From Macrostomum lignano (lineage: Eukaryota), in contig NIVC01000024.1 of the NCBI GenBank assembly GCA_002269645.1, positions 124,001-188,000 of the forward strand: a DNA stretch of 64,000 nt. The letters are read 5' to 3'. A model generated the notes under the pieces. That model did not search any database, was not told the DNA's origin, and worked only from the letters and a program-made list of their open reading frames with translations. Below, in pieces: positions 38,156-49,947 of this stretch. The position numbers and the translations under genes are program-made. Every line of letters begins with the position of its first letter. Within the stretch, counting starts at the first letter, position 1.

Positions 38156-38728
38156 ATGTATTAGGATAGTAGTTTTGAGTATTGCTAGATAAATATTATT
38201 GATAAAAAAATACAACCAGTCTTAAATAACTAGGCCAAGGCCTAGATTAAGCCCTAGCCTAGGCTCTATGCCCTAGATAAGATAACTAGGCCTAGCTTTT
38301 AATATATCATCAAAGAAAAAGGACATAGGCCTACCTAGGAGGGAGCAGAAAAGAAAGGCAGTTGTTTAGTTTTTTCAATGACAATGGAGATCTAAAAATG
38401 AGAAGGGAAAAATATACATGTTTGCCAAAATTTCTAGTTCCACCAGGCCTATTATCTGACTATAGTCATGACAGGCAGGCTAGTTCCAACTTTCTAGTTG
38501 ATACATTTTAATATAATTTACAACTACGCTTGTTATAACATGGTTAAATTAAAATTAAATATTAGTTATTAGGTCTGATATTTATAGTAGGCCCTATAGG
38601 CCCTGCGCCCTAGTAGCAGTATTTCGCAGTGTAGTGGCAATGGCAATGTAATCACATTCATTTTCTCTTTAGATTAGGGGCTAGTTAGCTTAGTATCACT
38701 ACATCATTTTACATGTATGGGAATCTTT

Positions 38729-39487
38729 GAATCCAGTCTATTTCGGCGACAAGTCATTTCGGCGACAACCATTTTGGCGACAAGTCATTTCGGCGACAAC
38801 CACTTCGGCGACAAACATCGAAACCGCAGTAATAATGGATCTGATAGTGTTTGCTTATTGAGTATGTAATGTATTTGATTGTTCTACTTCAATCAACCTC
38901 ACCTGTCTTACTTATAAGTAGCATCGTTTGCCGTCACCAATATTTTATAACTAACTTCCGCGCATCTGCCGATTTGACGGATTTGTGACTTCTTTTATTC
39001 GATTTAAATAAAAGTCTTTTACTTTTAATCTTACTTTTAATCTTTTACTTACATTTGTTGCCGATTTGTTCCGCACTTCTGCCGATTTGACGGATTTGTG
39101 ACTTCTTTTATTCGATTTAAATAAAAGTATTTTACTTTTAATCTTACTTTTAATCTTTTACTTACATTTGTTGCCGATTTGTTCCGCACTTCTGCCGATT
39201 TGACGGATTTGTGACTTCTTTTATTCGATTTAAATAAAAGTCTTTTACTTTTAATCTTACTTTTAATCTTTTACTTACATTTGTTGCCAATTTGTTCCGC
39301 GCTTCTGCTGATTTGACGGATTTGTGACTTCTTTTATTTGATTTAAATAAAAGTAAAAAAATATATAAATAAAATAAATTTGTTCCACGACTTCAAAAGT
39401 ATTGTCGCCGAAATGGTTGTCGCCGAAATGACTTGTCGCCGAAATGGTTGTCGCCGAAATGACTTGTCGCCGAAATGGACTGTTTCC
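38729..39487. mobile_element. MITE with sub-repeated TIRs, 8-bp TSD and internal 113-bp tandem repeat (Merlin-like?)
   Basis: ATTTCGGCGACAA units inverted at both ends; GAATCTTT at 38721-28 and 39488-95; about 3.5 copies of a 113-bp unit inside. Confidence 0.8.
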
Positions 39488-39569
39488 GAATCTTTCTATC
39501 CAAGGATGCTTGCTAGAGTCCTTTCTCTAAAGGGACTCTAGCAAAAGGCTGGTCATTTATAACATCCCA

Positions 39570-40115
39570 AGACAGCAAGCATCCCCCAGATAGCAAGCAT
39601 CCCCCAGATAGCAAGTATCCCCCACATAGCAAGCATCCCCCAGATAGCAAGCATCCTCCAGATAGCAAGCATCCCCTAGATAGCAAGCATCTACCCAGAT
39701 AGCAAGCATACCCCAGATAGCAAGCATCCCCCAGATAGCAAGCATCCACCCAGATAGCAAGCATCCCCTAGATAGCAAGCATCCCCCAGATAGCAAGCAT
39801 ACACCCATATTGCAAGCATCCTGCAGATAGCAAGCATCCCCTAGATAGCAAGAATCCCCCAGATAGCAAGCATCCACCCAGATAGCAAGCATACCCTAGA
39901 TAGCAATTGCATCCATGCATCTAGATAGCAAGCATCCATGCACCTAGATAGCAAGCATCCACCCAGATAGCAAGCATACACCCAGATAGCAAGCATCCTG
40001 CAGATAGCAAGCATCCCCTAGATAGCAAGCATCCCCCAGATAGCAAGCATCTTGCAGATACCAAGCATCATCCAGGTAGCAAACATCCACCTAGATAGCA
40101 AGCATCCCTAGATAG
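39570..40115 (+). repeat. 18-bp minisatellite (AGATAGCAAGCATCCCCC)
   Basis: Same unit, inverted, inside both large Helitron copies. Confidence 0.95.
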
Positions 40116-40767
40116 AAAGATTCCTATACATGTACTCATAGATCCATGCAGCCAGTACGCCCTTCTCCTAAATAGCAAGTACCCAGCCTCCTTCAAGAGA
40201 GAAATCTTAGTAAAAACTGTCAAAATCTATTTCAAAAAATGTCTTAGTCAAAATCGATTGTTAGGGCCTAACTGTTCAATATTGATTCGGAGTTGTCAAA
40301 AATGAAGCGGACTTTTTTGGGTATACAAACCATAGTGTCAGTTTTGAAGCAACTCTGTCAAAATAGAATCAGACTTTACAGCCCAACCAGTCAGGCTATT
40401 TTAATCTGTGTGTGTAAAGGATAGAGAAAAATAAATTTTATCAATACTTGTAGATCCAAAAAGCAAAGTCAGAATAAGCTAATTCTGCACAGCTCACTTC
40501 AGCCCCATTTAGGCTTTAATTGGATTACTTTGTTACCGAATTCTCCCAGGAGAAGTTAACTAAACGTGCATTGTCAAAATTGAACCAGAGTTTGTCAAAA
40601 ATGAAGCTTGATCTGTCAATATTGATTGTAGATTTTGAGTGCCCAACCATGTGTCAATATTGAAGAGGAGTTGATCAGTTTCGAAGTTCTCCTTGTTCAA
40701 AATCGAGGGTAAAATTGTGTATCACTATATCAGTATCACTCTGACCTAACTAGCTACTAATACACGA

Positions 40768-41148
40768 GGTCTGCGGTCATTTCGTCTGCCGCCTTTTCGT
40801 CTGCCAAAAGACGAAACGACTTTTTTATTTATGTTTATTTTGGTTCACTTATTTAGTATTTTTTTATGTAGGGAATTAAAATAAATTAGTATAAGCAAGT
40901 TTTAAGTATGTTTTCTTATTTATATTGATACATTTTGTTTTTCTTCATTTTCTACGAAACGTGAATAAATTGCATATGAGTTTACATTTTCTGTGCCTAC
41001 AATTTCGATTGCTCCTTACATTTTACACTTTGTGCATTTAAGCTACTTGTATTCGTGAATAAATTGCACATGAGTTTACATTGGCAGACGAAACGACTAT
41101 ATCGTATATTGGCAGACGAAAAGGCGGCAGACGAAATGACCGTCAACC
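40768..41148. mobile_element. 381-bp MITE, GGT...ACC ends, 8-bp TSD (Merlin-like)
   Basis: ~34-bp TIR CGGTCATTTCGTCTGCCGCCTTTTCGTCTGCCAA; ATACACGA at 40760-67 and 41149-56. Confidence 0.88.
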
Positions 41149-43082
41149 ATACACGACACGATCCCAATAATTTAAATAATAAATAGTACAATTAGTTACA
41201 GACAAAATAAAACGGCCTAGAGAGATCTATAAGTGCCCTGACAGCGCTCCCCATGCTCCCTGTCCCTGGAGCTAGCATCACAATGAACCGTGCCACTTGT
41301 GCAGCTCCACCCGCAGCTCCACAAGTCGTTCTTAGGTTGGCAGCCAGCAACAACAACAGCAACCACGCTTTGATTAAAGCTTTGATGTTAGTATTAAGCA
41401 AACTATAATTAAGGCATTAAATAATCATATACCTTTTTACTAAAGTACCTAACAGAACTAAAAAACTAAAAAATATCATTTGTTTTATTGAACAAATGTT
41501 CAGTTTAAACTATGAGAACCATTTCTAAGAAACATTCGGGAATATTTGTGGCTGGGCAGGCGATCAGGCCGCCACTGGCTTTTCCCACAGCGTGTAACTC
41601 TATTTTCCGCCGCGCGATTTCTCTTTGCTGTAATTTTACGTCATCCTGGTCCTGACGTCACACGCGCGCTACAGTTAATGTAACTCCCCGTTCCACTCCC
41701 CGTATTTTTGTTCGTTTTTGTGACGATTATTCGGTGGCCTCGAAAGAAATTAACGAAGGCAAACACGGCAGAGGCTGTCCCCATCCCCCAAAGGGTATAT
41801 ATCATACTCCTTTGAGCAACACTTGAATGCACATCTAGGAATTTTAGTGCAGCAAAAAGAGGGAACAAACAGCAATATAGTTAAAGCCCAATTTAAAATA
41901 TTTTGTTTCTTCAAAAGCTATATGGTTCTCCAATTTTTTCCATAGATATCTCTTTATCACAGCAGCCTAACAAAGAAGTCTGAGTGCATTCTATCAAAAG
42001 TACTTTTGCTACTTTCCGCTAACTTGTCAAATTACTATAAGTCTATGGTTGAGGTCCTGCTACATTTTAGTTTATAACTTTTGTTTCCATTGTCTGTTTT
42101 TAATGATGGAAGTGCTTATCCCCACTCCCCATGGTCCCATGCTGATAATTCCAATTTTATCCACATGGATCCATGTCAATAATTTTCTTTAATTCCTTTA
42201 ATGATATTAAAGTGACTATAAAGAAGAGAGTTGCTGCTATAAATCTGTGCAAAATGATTTTATTTAGATTAGCAAAACAAGATATATAGTGAAAAGTAAC
42301 TCTACTTTTTAGATAGCCCTCATATATATTTATTTCTAGGAATTAGTAAGCCTAGTATAGTGCTAGTGCCTTGGTTTAATTATAACACATTTCTAATAGG
42401 CCCTAGCAATTCTCATAGCCTTTCTAATGATAATGTAGTCTGGTTGCATTCTAGGCCTAATGTTTATTTCTAATCTAGGAATTATTTAAATTGAAAAGTT
42501 ATAGGGGCCTAGCTTTTTCATTTATTATAAACCTTTTGCATATTATTTTCCATTTCTTCTTTGCAAAAACTCTTCAACCCTTGCTTAGAATTTTTCTTTG
42601 CTAAAAATAACCCAAATAAAAATCTTAAAGCTAGGCCTATTTCCAAATATCCAAATAGTTTTATATTGAACCAATAGATAATAGACTAATTGCGTATTTT
42701 GGAACAAAAATGTATATACATTTATAACAAAAATAATCAATCAATTTATTCATATACTTAAGCAATGAAAACCTCTTCTAGGGTCTCATAGGCCTGCAGA
42801 TTTAACTTCTTACTTTACACTTTACAGGTAACATATAGCACAAATAAGTGTTGCCTCAATAACAAATTTATGTGTTAGCTCTTTACCCAATGTGTTTATT
42901 TCTATTAAAGATATTTAATAAATAAATCATATTTCAAAAATTGGTAAATAATAGACTTTTTAACAAGTATGTCTATTTATCTATGCAATAATGAATAATA
43001 AAATATTAAGGAAAAACTAAAATTTACTACCTTTTTAATTTATGCTATTATTGAACTTCATTGTGCTTAGTTCGGATATACC

Positions 43083-44530
43083 ATGGAAGCTAATTATAAA
43101 TCTAATAAATTTTTACTTAATACAAGTTTGTCAACAATTGGCAATGTATTTCAAGATACCACACAGTCACTAACAAGTACAGCTTTGCCTGGTCAGATCC
43201 AAGGTCACAAGCCCAGCTTTGGAATGCTACATTTCATCATTTATATTGTTCTACCAATTTTGGCATTCAGTGCAGTTGTACTTTTGATATTTATGGTATG
43301 CTGATTGCTGAGCACTAAATATTGGTTTCTTAAAACAGTTAGTTACAGGAGACTTCAAGCCTTTGAGTCCCTTCCTTAGCCTTCGAGTCCCGATCCTCAG
43401 TCTTTGAATCCCAATCTGCAGCCCTTGAGTCCCAATCCCCAACCTTTGAGTCCCAATCCTCAGCCTTTGAGTCCCAATCCTCAACCTTTGAGTCCCAATC
43501 TGCAGCCCTTGAGTCCCAATCCCCAACCTTGGAGTCCCAATCCTCAGCCTTTGAGTCCCAATCCGCGGCCCCTGAGTCCCAATCCTCAGCCTTTGAGTCC
43601 CAATCCGCGGCCCCTGAGTCCCAATCCTCAGCCTTCGAGTCCCAATCCTCAACATTGGAGTCCCAATCCTCAGCCTTTGAGTCCCAATCCTCAACCTTGG
43701 AGTCCCAATCCCCAACCTTGGAGTCCCAATCCTCAGCCTTTGAGTCCCAATCCTCAACCTTGGAGTCCCAATCCTCAGCCTTTGAGTCCCAATCCTCAGC
43801 CCTTGAGTCCCAATCCTCAGCCTTTGAGTCCCAATCCTCAACCTTGGAGTCCCAATCCTCAGCCTTTGAGTCCCAATCCTCAGCCCTTGAGTCCCAATCC
43901 TCAACCTTGGAGTCCCAATCCCCAACCTTGGAGTCCCAATCCTCAGCCTTTGAGTCCCAATCCTCAGCCTTTGAGTCCCAATCCTCAACCTTTGAGTCCC
44001 AATCCTCAGCCTTTGAGTCCCAATCCTCAGCCTTTGAGTCCCAATCCTCAACCTTGGAGTCCCAATCCTCAGCCTTTGAGTCCCAATCCTCAGCCCTTGA
44101 GTCCCAATCCTCAGCCTTTGAGTCCCAATCCTCAACCTTGGAGTCCCAATCCTCAGCCTTTGAGTCCCAATCCTCAGCCCTTGAGTCCCAATCCTCAACC
44201 TTGGAGTCCCAATCCCCAACCTTGGAGTCCCAATCCTCAGCCTTTGAGTCCCAATCCTCAGCCTTTAAGTTGAAAAAAATTTTAGTTGCGACAGAATACA
44301 GATAACTCATTTTTTCATATCCGATTTACCTACTTATAGTAACCCATTTTCTTCTATAACAGGCGATTTTGTGCATCAGAAAGTTTCGCTTAGACAAATT
44401 GCGTCATCGACTTATGCCGCTGTACCAGTTTGACCCTGCCGACACTGACCGGGACTGGGAGATCGACCTGCTTGAAGATGACAGGGACCAGCAGGTGCAG
44501 CAGTGCCGTCTGGCAGCTCCAGCTGTTTAG
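43083..44530 (+). CDS. C3orf18/SMIM29-family single-pass membrane protein
   Basis: Exons 43083-43295 and 44363-44530 (phase 0); TM helix followed by RKFRLDKLRHRLMPLYQFDP, matching recalled C3orf18 KKRLEKLRHQLMPMYNFDP. A further 3' exon is possible. Confidence 0.82.
43380..44266 (+). repeat. 21-bp intronic minisatellite (GAGTCCCAATCCTCAGCCTTT)
   Basis: About 42 units. Confidence 0.97.
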
Positions 44531-44718
44531 CAATGAGACTGCATCAACTGCTGGCCCCCCATGCTTGCCGCTATTCCTAGAAATTGCGTCTCTGTGGCAT
44601 CTGTAGCTGTCTGATTGTTGGGACAACTTGTTCATTCTAAAATAATTGCTACTAATGAAATTCAAATCTATTTTTATACATAGCTAAATGTTTCCTAACT
44701 TTATTAGCTATAAAAAAG

Positions 44719-45340
44719 GAGTCCCGATTCTATGAACTAGGATTCACGATTCTATGAACTAAGATTCACGATTCTATGAACTAGGATTCACGATTCTATG
44801 AACTAGGATTCACGATTCTATGAACTAAGATTCACGATTCTATGAACTAGGATTCACGATTCTATGAACTAGGATTCACGATTCTATGAACTAAGATTCA
44901 CGATTCTATGAACTAGGATTCACGATTCTATGAACTAGGATTCACGATTCTATGAACTAAGATTCACGATTCTATGAACTAGGATTCACGATTCTATGAA
45001 CTAGGATTCACGATTCTATGAACTAAGATTCACGATTCTATGAACTAGGATTCACGATTCTATGAACTAGGATTCACGATTCTATGAACTAGGATTCACG
45101 ATTCTATGAACTAGGATTCACGATTCTATGAACTAGGATTCACGATTCTATGAACTAGGATTCACGATTCTATGAACTAGGATTCACGATTCTATGAATT
45201 AGGATTCACGATTCTATGAATTAGGATTCACGATTCTATGAATTAGGATTCACAATTCTATTAACTAGGATTCACGATTCTATGAAATAGGATTCACGAT
45301 TCTATGAATTTAGGTGTCCCGATTCTATGAATTAGGAGTT
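44719..45340 (+). repeat. 22-bp minisatellite (GATTCTATGAACTAGGATTCAC)
   Basis: About 27 units. Confidence 0.97.
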
Positions 45341-45654
45341 CCGATTCCCTAGTCTACAAGTCCCAATCAATGATTGCGCATTTCAAAATATGAGGTTTGT
45401 CTTCTTTTTAATCTCTTGTTGTACATGCGTTTGATAATCAAACTATACAGTAATTGCATGCTATAATTCATATTTTTACAATTATACTTTTTTAACTAAT
45501 TGTTAAATGTGCAATCAAGTTTTTACAATTGTTTGTTGAATTTGTCTCTCCACTCTGAGTTGATGTCTCCGTCTGATCACGTCAATGAAATATATTTCTC
45601 CTGTTTTACATGTACTAATCATCTCCAGGTGTTGAGTCTCAATTCTTACTCTCC

Positions 45655-46376
45655 AAGAGTCCCGATCCTCAATCCCCAAGAGTCCCGATCCTCAATCCCA
45701 AAGAGTCCCAATCCTTAATCCCCAAGAGTCCCGATCCATAATCCCCAAGAGTCCCGATCCTCAATCCCCAAGAGTCCCGATCCTCAATCTCCAAGAGTCC
45801 CGATCCTCAATCCCAAAGAGTCCCGATCCTCAATCTCCAAGAGTCCCGATCCTCAATCCCAAAGAGTCCCGATCCTCAATCCCCAAGAGTCCCGATACTC
45901 AATCTCCAAGAGTCCCGATCCTCAATCCCAAAGAGTCCCGATCCTCAATCCCCAAGAGTCCCGATCCATAATCCCCAAGAGTCCCGATCCTCAATCCCAA
46001 AGAGTCCCAATCCTTAATCCCCAAGAGTCCCGATCCATAATCCCCAAGAGTCCCGATCCTCAATCCCCAAGAGTCCCGATCCTCAATCTCCAAGAGTCCC
46101 GATCCTCAATCCCCAAGAGTCCCGATCCTCAATCTCCAAGAGTCCCGATCCTCAATCCCAAAGAGTCCCGATCCTCAATCCCCAAGAGTCCCGATACTCA
46201 ATCTCCAAGAGTCCCGATCCTCAATCCCAAAGAGTCCCGATCCTCAATCCCCAAGAGTCCCGATCCATAATCCCCAAGAGTCCCGATCCTCAATCCCAAA
46301 GTGTCCCTATTCTCAATCCCCAAGAGTCCCGATCCTCAATCTCCAAGAGTCCCGATCCTCAATCCCCAAGAGTCCG
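45655..46376 (+). repeat. 23-bp minisatellite (CCAAGAGTCCCGATCCTCAATCC)
   Basis: About 31 units. Confidence 0.97.
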
Positions 46377-48354
46377 ATTTCTGAATGCGATTAATTTTAG
46401 TCTTACCTGTTACCTTTGCTAGTTTTAATCAATCATTATTTTTCAATATAAAATTTATCAATTTTTTATATCAGAATCTTTTAACAGGAATTTTCTACTA
46501 GCATTTTCAAGTACTCCAGCAAAATAGCTTGGGTAAATTTACTGTACCGGCTTAATTCACCATTTAGTTTTTCAGTTTTTTACATCGTCTCTCATATATT
46601 AATCATTTTATGCTGTTGTTGTTTTACTATACTCGTATTTTAGCAAAGTTTAGTACGTGTTTCTTATTTGATTGGCATATATTTCTGTTTTATATGGTTT
46701 TACAAAATTTGCCCCTTACTGTTGCTTTTAATTTACCCAAATATTGTTAAGCTGAGTCTAAACCAAAAATATAAAAATAAGTAGGTGGGCCACTTAGCAC
46801 TTTTGCGTGTAAGCTACTTTCAGTTCAGTAGTAAGTTAAACCGTAGCATTTCAATGCATTTTAAAGCCAAGGCTCATTTATTGGCTCTTGCTTCCCTCAG
46901 ACCCTCCAACCGCGCCTTTCCACACTATCCCCTGCCCCCTAAAGCTTACAGCCTAAAAGCTGCCATGTACATTTCAGTGGACTGGCCAATGTACATCATT
47001 GCTGAACCAATTAGCAAGTTGTTTACGCCTCCCAAGATTTTAGGCTTCTATAAACTTATAATTTGTTTCAGCTGCCTTTATTCTTATAAAATAGCTTATG
47101 TATTCTTCTTTGCTACTGAACTGCAAGTAGAAAGCTGTTTTGCTAAATATATATGCCTACAGTGGCCCATCTGGTTATTTTAGTATCTGCGGTCTAGACT
47201 AAGCACAATGAAAATGGATTGCTAGCCTAGCTAATTACGACTGTGCATTGGGTATCTCCTCGTTTCAGTGGTTTATTACACATGAAAGTGGATTGCTATT
47301 GCTAGTCTAAGCTGCGGATAATAAAATGAGTTGAGTAGAGCTGAAGCTATACAAAGATTCGGTAAGCGCCATAATCCTAAACTGCAAGTACGGGCACAGT
47401 GTATGTGCTGGAAATAAACTAATCGAGTTGTTGTAGTTCACTAGCTGTCTTTATTAGTTACAGCGCAGTCCTGACTCAAGTTCAAGTGAGCCGAGTTGCT
47501 TCAATTTGCATTTTTGCATCAATTTTCCAAGGTTTCTGGGTAATGTATTCGACAATCGTGGAATCTAATTTGTGCAATTTGTTAGATTGGTAATGGGAAT
47601 TTTCTGTGCAAATATTGGCTAATGAAAACTCGTTTTTAACTGACACAGGACTGCAGAGCTTACTTATAGTAGTTGTGCTAGGCTAATACAGGGAAATTCT
47701 AGGCCAGCAGAATACATATACACTAGAGAATACTCGCAGAAATGTACAATTCTACTTTCAGTAGCAAAATTAGCGTTTGTTTTCTAACATTTTTTGAAGC
47801 TTTCGGAGCTGGAGCGAGTTATAAGCTGAGTGTGATTGCCTGTTGAATTGACATGACTCATGCTCTCTATTCTATACCAGCGTTCGCTCGCTCGTACGCA
47901 AGGCATCAGCGTCGGATTATCACGCCAATGATCCATAGGATTACAGTATGTGTGGTTATGCATTCATACATTAAGCAAGCCTCGCCCTTCACTTGTATTG
48001 GCCGCTTATCGAAATGCTCGATGACTCATCGCGCTTTTTATCGAAGCTGCTATGCGATAGTGTCAGACACAAATTAGAGATTAATGCTCATACATAATGT
48101 TTCACCATAATACAGCACTGACAAAACACCTTCATTTTCGACTAACATAGTATGCTACGTACTTTTGTTACCAGATAATTTAACTTTTAACCACATCATT
48201 AAACGTAACTGACTACTGAATAGAAATAAGTAGTGCAGTGGCGCTTTCACTGCACATGCACCGTGCTATTCGTGCTTTCGCATCACGCGTCACACAATTG
48301 GATGAAACGGAAAATGATTTTAATGCGACTGAATAGCCAAATAAAATGTTCCAA

Positions 48355-48848
48355 GTTTCTGACACCCCAGCACAGTCTCTGCCTACTAAAGTATCTGACA
48401 CCCCAGCACAGTCTCTGCCTACTAAAGTATCTGACACCCCAGCACAGTCTCTGCCTACTAAAGTATCTGACACCCCAGCACAGTCTCTGCCTACTAAAGT
48501 ATCTGACACCCCAGCACAGTCTCTGCCTACTAAAGTATCTGACACCCCAGCACAGTCTCTGCCTACTAAAGTATCTGACACCCCAGCACAGTCTCTGCCT
48601 ACTAAAGTATCTGACACCCCAGCACAGTCTCTGCCTACTTAAGTTTCTGACACCCCAGCACAGTCTCTGCCTACTTAAGTTTCTGACACCCCAGCACAGT
48701 CTCTGCCTACTTAAGTTTCTGACACCCCAGCACAGTCTCTGCCTACTAAAGTTTCTGACACCCCAGCACAGTCTCTGCCTACTAAAGTATCTGACACCCC
48801 AGCACAGTCTGCCTACTAAAGTATCTGACACCCCAGCACAGTCTCTGA
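48355..48848 (+). repeat. 36-bp minisatellite (TCTGACACCCCAGCACAGTCTCTGCCTACTAAAGTA)
   Basis: About 14 units. Confidence 0.97.
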
Positions 48849-49785
48849 CATCCTAGAACAGTCGCCTATTTACTAGTAAATCTTTTGCCTTAGTCTTTGA
48901 CATCCTTTGAAGGGGTCTTCCTGACCCCTTCCCCCAAAATAAACAAATCATTCAATCTACCATAATCTACATTTAGCAATAGATATTTATTAAACGTTAA
49001 CAAGAGCGCGACGTTCGACAGCAGGTGCAAATATACTTGTTTACTAAAAAAGACAGTACAGCGCGACAGACAGACAGACAGACTCACTGACAGGCAGAAG
49101 CCACTTAAATTAGAATTGTAAAACAAATGGAGGGGCATTGAAATTTCGGATTAACTTTTGCAATACAATAATAGATCGATAGAGGACTTTAGATAAAGCA
49201 ACGGGATAATTTTGACTAAAAAAGATACACATTGTCGCTACTAATAGTATTATATGTATAAATACATACTCCATACATGAATTCAAGTTAGCTAAGTATA
49301 TGGTATGATAGCAGCCACTAATGTACTGGATTAATTTGTAACTCAGCAATAGAGATAGAATATGTGCCGATAAATCTGTTGATTGATTAAGCAACTGACA
49401 GACAGGTCACCTGAATAATCATTGTAGAAGACACCTGGAAACTTTTTCAGTTAAAAAAAAACATGTTTAGTCGGGATTTCTTTCAACAAAAGATCGATAA
49501 CAATTGAGTGCCTGTTTGTCGGGTGAAATAATTTATTATCATTTTCAATTGAAAAACAAAACATTTTTTGGAAGATGCAAATCATTTTTTATTCAATTGC
49601 TTGTCAATTTTGTGGGTTCGAGTTGGGTAGAAAACGAGCAGATTTTTTATTCAATTCACTCACGGGTGGTTGGCGAATTCAACTACATAGGAGAGGATTT
49701 CAATTTTCATAATGCAAAACAATATATTAGTAGTAGTAGTAGTATTATTATAACAGCTAAGCAGCTTGTTTCCGAGTGCGTGAAT

Positions 49786-49791
49786 TTTATT
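49786..49791 (-). terminator. Candidate poly(A) signal of calnexin
   Basis: AATAAA on the minus strand ~160 nt after the stop at 49948. Confidence 0.5.
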
Positions 49792-49947
49792 TGAGTCTAA
49801 AGATAAAAACCGAAGCATATAATAGTAGAGTATATCGTAGCAGAGTTAGTTGCTATGCCTTCGAACTGCAGAACTTTACTCAACTGACTACACAGACCGA
49901 GCGAGCGGACAGCTTTAGCAAACAGTTGAAATTTGGAACAGCCATTT

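Noticed and set aside
39510-39545. Hairpin TTGCTAGAGTCC..GGACTCTAGCAA next to the 18-bp satellite as a Helitron 3' end
   Set aside because: It lacks the family GGGGGCGAAG motif and the following T; noted only as a possible rearranged end.
41192-41401. ORF ending RPFYFVCN, reminiscent of the TCAIM N-terminus
   Set aside because: No donor site or downstream HPD-type exon; the next minus-strand gene fits neugrin instead.
43251-44310. KAEDWDS-repeat ORF resembling calreticulin/calnexin P-domain repeats
   Set aside because: It is a 21-bp intronic satellite open in four frames with no start or splice context; the similarity is coincidental.
48298-48342. C/D-box snoRNA-like motif (GGATGAA..CTGA with TTGG/CCAA stem)
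   Set aside because: Too short, imperfect box C, and no recognisable guide.
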